Under the pieces are notes generated by a model. It saw only the letters and a program-made list of their open reading frames with translations, did no database searches and had not been told where the DNA came from. A program made the translations under genes and the position numbers. Below, in pieces: positions 59,581 to 64,000 of a stretch of 64,000 bases of DNA. The first letter of the stretch is position 1. Every line of letters starts with the position of its first letter. The stretch covers positions 960,001-1,024,000 of the forward strand of contig CAVTNB010000001.1 in assembly GCA_963736005.1 (NCBI GenBank). The letters are read 5' to 3'. The DNA comes from an uncultured Pseudomonadota bacterium (GTDB lineage: Bacteria; Vulcanimicrobiota; Vulcanimicrobiia; Eremiobacterales; Eremiobacteraceae).

Positions 59581-61248
59581 TTAGTCGCCCGGACATTTTA
59601 GGCCGTTCTTGTATTTTGTGACGCTCTTCTTCATGATCGGTTTCGCGGCTTCGAAGGTCTCGAAGGAAGCAGTTTTCCCCAGCACACCCGGCAGCATGCT
59701 AAGGCCGTGCGCGAGCGTCAGCTTCGCGCCAACGCCGACGTTGGCCGAAACGGTGATCTGGGCTCTTTGGCACGGCTCCATACCAACGAGAGACGATGTC
59801 ATAACGCCGTTCGTAAAGGTGCCGGTCGAGGTGACAAAGTCAAAGTAAAAATAGGGCTTCACCGGGATTGCAACTTCCTCGATAAAGTGTGCCAAATTCT
59901 TTAGCTTATACGCGACCGGTGCAAAGCTTGACGACCCGGGGGCGCCGGTATTTGCTAGGGACTGACCGAAACCATATCGTTCCCTAGCCGCTGCGTTGCT
60001 GGCTGAGAAGCCCGATGCCAACCCCATATTGGAGGGAGACATGGTCGCGAACGCGATCTCAAATCGCGGCAGTTCGAGCGCCGCAACAAGTCCCATGGCG
60101 GTCGCGCCAAATATGCTTGTAGAATGATCGATAGTGTCCGTCCCTTCCACACTGCCTTCGGACTCAGGAGCACCCGCAGTATACTTAAAGCCTTCCTTGC
60201 CGTTGTAGTCGACCGTAAACTTACCACTTGTTATCTCATTCTTTGCGGTGAATGCCGGGTGAACAATGAGCGCAGCTGATACTTCAAAGACAAATGGTAA
60301 GGGGCCGATAATCAGCGGAACTTCGATGCTCGCCCCCGGGATTTTCACCTTGAAAGATTGATTCAGACTCGCCACCCCAGGACTTTTCGTTTGAGCCTGC
60401 CACTCAAAATCCATATGACCCTGCATGCCCGAAACGGCAGCCCCCATATTAGCAATCTGACCGTTGTTGATATCGATCTCGCCGATGTCAGTAACCGTCT
60501 GAACGTATCCCTCGCCCTTCGCCTCCCAAGCACCGCAACAATTAGCCATCTTCGCATCCATTTCGATATTGACGCGATCGCCAGCCGGCGCAAACAGGAG
60601 CTCCCACTCGACCGGGCCTACACTCCCCTCAAACGATAGCTTGCCCAGCTCGCTAAAGAGCGATTCATCGGCGGCCGCTCTCGTGGCAAAGAGGTCTTCA
60701 AGCAATGCATGGTCCGGAGTCGGCAACTCGGGTTCGGCTCCGACGCTGAAATCCATGGGAACCTGCCATGAAATGTGTCCCTGCCGGATCGCGTCTGTGA
60801 TATCACCGTCCGTTGTGGACACGAGGAGATTCGCGCCCCGGGTCTGCACGGCAGTGACCTTGCGAATGGCAATGCCGTACAAAAAAAGGACCGATCCCGC
60901 CTTAAGCTTAGCCGCAATGGGCGATCCGGCGTCGAGCGTGTACGTCACTCCGTCGGGGCTGATATCCTTGAGCGCCTGCTCGGTTTGCCCTTCGTCGAAG
61001 ACGACGGCATTTGGCTGGTACGTAACCTGGTAGACGACCGTTCCATGTTGGTTGGCATAGTTCGCGGCTTGTTCGTACCCGCTCCACGGCCCGCCCAGGC
61101 TTTCATTCGAAGACGTGCCAGGCGATGACGTCGTTGACGACGATACGGCTGGCGAAACCCCGCCGGACGAAGTCCCGTGCGAACAGCCGCCTGCGAATAG
61201 GCCAAGTAGACCGGCGGCAAACAACATCACGCGACCAATTCGAACCAT
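59581..61248 (-). CDS. Hypothetical lipoprotein
   Basis: GGAGG RBS; lipobox AGGC; Ser-rich linker and beta-rich body. Confidence 0.75.
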   Translation of the reverse strand: MVRIGRVMLFAAGLLGLFAGGCSHGTSSGGVSPAVSSSTTSSPGTSSNESLGGPWSGYEQAANYANQHGTVVYQVTYQPNAVVFDEGQTEQALKDISPDGVTYTLDAGSPIAAKLKAGSVLFLYGIAIRKVTAVQTRGANLLVSTTDGDITDAIRQGHISWQVPMDFSVGAEPELPTPDHALLEDLFATRAAADESLFSELGKLSFEGSVGPVEWELLFAPAGDRVNIEMDAKMANCCGAWEAKGEGYVQTVTDIGEIDINNGQIANMGAAVSGMQGHMDFEWQAQTKSPGVASLNQSFKVKIPGASIEVPLIIGPLPFVFEVSAALIVHPAFTAKNEITSGKFTVDYNGKEGFKYTAGAPESEGSVEGTDTIDHSTSIFGATAMGLVAALELPRFEIAFATMSPSNMGLASGFSASNAAARERYGFGQSLANTGAPGSSSFAPVAYKLKNLAHFIEEVAIPVKPYFYFDFVTSTGTFTNGVMTSSLVGMEPCQRAQITVSANVGVGAKLTLAHGLSMLPGVLGKTASFETFEAAKPIMKKSVTKYKNGLKCPGD

Positions 61249-61456
61249 AACCAACCTCCCAGCCGTTACGAAGCGGAGTTTGCGCGGTTAGATCGACCCG
61301 CCATTCGGGTCTCTTTGGGTCGTAATCCAGTCGCGCGCGACGTTCCGGCAAAGGCCTGTCGACTCCGCCTTCCTCATGGGGGTACATCCTGGCATGGCTC
61401 GAGAAATTGCCTGAGTTAGAGGTCGCCCAGACGTCGCCCGCGGATAAATCCCATTC

Positions 61457-64000
61457 ATGCTCCAGACACAAGCCCCACTCACGTTTCAATTCGACCCGCT
61501 TATTGAGGCATGGTTCAAGAACAAGTTCGGCGAGCCCACTGCGCCTCAAGCGGCAGGCTGGCCGCTCATTCAATCCGGCGGCGATGTTCTGATTTCTGCG
61601 CCGACGGGCTCGGGCAAGACCCTCGCAGCCTTTCTTATAGCGGTCGACCGCCTCGTGCGCGCCGCCCGCATCGACCCAGATAGCGGCGGGCAATCTAGCA
61701 GCGGACCTTTAGGGCCGCTCTCGGACGCGACGCATATAGTCTACGTCTCGCCCCTCAAAGCTTTGGTCAACGACGTTCAAAAGAACTTGGAGCAACCGCT
61801 CGCGGAGATCGAGGCACTGGCGACGCGCGAGGGCGACGTCCTCACACCAATTCGAGTCGCGTTGCGTACCGGTGACACCCCAGCACGCGAGCGCGCTCGG
61901 ATGCTTGCGCAGGCACCGCACATCTTAGTCACGACGCCAGAATCGCTTTTCATCCTCTTGACTGCGGCGCGTTCGCGCGAGCTGTTTCGCAATGTCTCGA
62001 CGGTGATCGTGGATGAGATTCATGCCATGGTGGGCAGCAAGCGCGGCCCGCATCTTGCGTTGTCATTGGCACGACTCGATAAGCTCGTGGCCGAAAATGG
62101 CGGTCATCGCCCCCAGCGCATCGGTCTTTCCGCGACGGTGAAGCCGGCGGAAGAGGTCGGTCGATTTCTCGTTCCAAAGGGCGCGCCGGGCGAGATGCCC
62201 GCGATGGTCAACATCGGACATCGCAGAGAGATGGACCTCTCCGTGTGGGTACCGCAAGATGAACTCGGGCCCGTCGCCTCGACCGAGATGTGGCAAGAGA
62301 TCTACGACCACCTCGCCGAGCTCATTCGGGCGCATCGCACGACGCTTGTCTTTGTAAGCACGCGCCGGATGTCCGAACGCGTCGCGCACAATCTTATCCA
62401 ACGGCTGGGTGAGGGCACGGTGATGCCTCACCACGGCAGCTTGGCACGGCACATTCGCTTGGAGACAGAACGCAGGCTCAAAAGCGGCGAGTTGCGCGCA
62501 GTGGTGGCAACCGCTTCATTAGAACTGGGCATCGACATTGGATCGGTCGACTTAGTTGTGCAGTTGGGATCGCCGCGTTCTATTGCCGCCGCTTTGCAAC
62601 GCATCGGTCGCTCCGGTCATTGGGTTGGTGCCACCCCCAGAGGTGTTTTGGTGGCGACGACGCGCGACGATCTCATCGAATGCGCGGCGGTCGTGCGGGC
62701 GATTCGAACTGGTGGCATGGACCGGCTCGAGCTATGCAAGGCCCCCCTTGACATCTTAGCTCAGCACATCGTGGCCATGTGCGCCGCCGATGACTGGAAT
62801 GAAGACGAACTCTACGCGCTCGTACGCTCGACGTATCCGTATCAGGCCCTCGAGCGAGCCGACTTCGATGCTGTCGTAAACATGCTTGCGGAGGGTGTGG
62901 CGACCACGCGCGGACGAGCCGGGGCACTCGTGCATCGCGACCGGGTCAACCGCCGCATCCGCGGACGGCGCGGCGCTCGCCTTGCTGCCATCACGGGTGG
63001 CGGCGCCATCCCTGACACAACCAACTACGCCGTTGTGGTCGAGCCGGAAGGAACGGTCGTCGGTACGGTGGACGAGGATTTTGCCATCGAGAGCATGTCC
63101 GGCGACATTTTCTTGCTGGGCACAAACTCGTGGCGCGTCCGTCGCGTCGAGCAAGGGCGCGTGCGGGTGGATGACGCGCATGGTTCTCCTCCTTCTATTC
63201 CATTTTGGAATGGCGAGGCACCCGGCCGCACCATCGAGCTCTCAGAGGAAGTGTCTCGTTTGCGACTGCGGATATCTGAATTGGTTCCCGCGAGGAGCGA
63301 TGGGAAAATCGCTCCAAAGGATGAGGCCATCGATTATCTGCAGCGCGAATGCGCCGTCGACCGGATTGGCGCCGAGCAAATGGTCGACTACATTTTAGCC
63401 GGTAAAGCCGTTTTAGGCGTTGTACCGACTCAGGACTGTCTTGTTGCCGAGCGTTTCTTCGACGAATCTGGGGGCATGCAGCTTGTTGTGCATGCGCCAT
63501 TCGGTTCGCGCATCAATCGCGCGTGGGGGCTTGCGCTACGCAAGCGTTTCTGCCGCTCTTTCAACGTGGAGCTGCAGGCAGCCGCCACCGACAACGGGAT
63601 CGTTATCTCGCTTTCAGAGCAGCACGCGTTCCCGCTTGAGATCATTTTCGAGTTCCTCAAAGCCGCCAGCGTCGAAGAGGTGCTGACGCAAGCGATGCTC
63701 CCATCACCGATGTTCACGGCGCGTTGGCGCTGGAACGCGCAACGCTCGCTGGCAATTCTCCGTTTCCGCGGTGGGCAGAAAGTGGCCGCGGCGATCCAGC
63801 GCATGAAAGCGGATGACCTTATTGCCGCGGTGTTCCCGGATCAGGCTGCTTGCCCAGAGAATTTGAGTGGGGAGATTCGGATCCCCAAACATCCGCTCGT
63901 GGATGAAACGATTGCGAATTGCCTGCACGAAGCGATGGACATTGACGGATTGCAGGCGATCTTGCGCCGCATCGAAGATGGCTCCGTTCGCACCGTGGCG
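61457..64000 (+). CDS. lhr: Lhr family SF2 (DEAD/DEAH-box) helicase, truncated by the window end
   Basis: APTGSGKTLAAFL, YVSPLKAL, RTGDTP, TTPESL, VDEIH, HHGSL, ATASLELGIDIG and QRIGRSGH; absent from the ORF track because it has no stop in the window. Confidence 0.95.
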   Translation, partial: MLQTQAPLTFQFDPLIEAWFKNKFGEPTAPQAAGWPLIQSGGDVLISAPTGSGKTLAAFLIAVDRLVRAARIDPDSGGQSSSGPLGPLSDATHIVYVSPLKALVNDVQKNLEQPLAEIEALATREGDVLTPIRVALRTGDTPARERARMLAQAPHILVTTPESLFILLTAARSRELFRNVSTVIVDEIHAMVGSKRGPHLALSLARLDKLVAENGGHRPQRIGLSATVKPAEEVGRFLVPKGAPGEMPAMVNIGHRREMDLSVWVPQDELGPVASTEMWQEIYDHLAELIRAHRTTLVFVSTRRMSERVAHNLIQRLGEGTVMPHHGSLARHIRLETERRLKSGELRAVVATASLELGIDIGSVDLVVQLGSPRSIAAALQRIGRSGHWVGATPRGVLVATTRDDLIECAAVVRAIRTGGMDRLELCKAPLDILAQHIVAMCAADDWNEDELYALVRSTYPYQALERADFDAVVNMLAEGVATTRGRAGALVHRDRVNRRIRGRRGARLAAITGGGAIPDTTNYAVVVEPEGTVVGTVDEDFAIESMSGDIFLLGTNSWRVRRVEQGRVRVDDAHGSPPSIPFWNGEAPGRTIELSEEVSRLRLRISELVPARSDGKIAPKDEAIDYLQRECAVDRIGAEQMVDYILAGKAVLGVVPTQDCLVAERFFDESGGMQLVVHAPFGSRINRAWGLALRKRFCRSFNVELQAAATDNGIVISLSEQHAFPLEIIFEFLKAASVEEVLTQAMLPSPMFTARWRWNAQRSLAILRFRGGQKVAAAIQRMKADDLIAAVFPDQAACPENLSGEIRIPKHPLVDETIANCLHEAMDIDGLQAILRRIEDGSVRTVA

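Noticed and set aside
61288..61482. Small minus-strand ORF between the lipoprotein gene and lhr
   Set aside because: No convincing RBS, motif or terminator, and its 5' end overlaps the lhr start.

Overview
GC-rich bacterial chromosomal window with about 55 genes and no rRNA, tRNA, CRISPR array or transposase seen. Many Pro/Thr-rich secreted proteins and lipoproteins, orphan family-5 solute-binding proteins and a sedolisin suggest an Eremiobacterota (WPS-2)-like organism (inference only). Housekeeping content includes an AdnAB-like helicase-nuclease pair, fumC, proline dehydrogenase, nadABC and a truncated lhr. The most notable locus (35554-39766, minus strand) is a candidate RiPP (ribosomally synthesised, post-translationally modified peptide) cluster. 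It has an unannotated 35-aa precursor (MYSTPKIIASLDANIVLATALGHWCEGGSNVTWDR, with a YxxP leader motif), a perfect 21-bp hairpin, two tandem HprK-like kinases, an apparent S26 peptidase-nucleotidyltransferase fusion and a PqqD/RRE protein. No lasso cyclase or radical SAM enzyme is present, and an ABC exporter lies divergently next to it. Three families of GTAG-type REP-like palindromes are scattered through the window; some lie in frame inside genes or supply stop codons. Five genes carry single apparent frameshifts, probably assembly errors.
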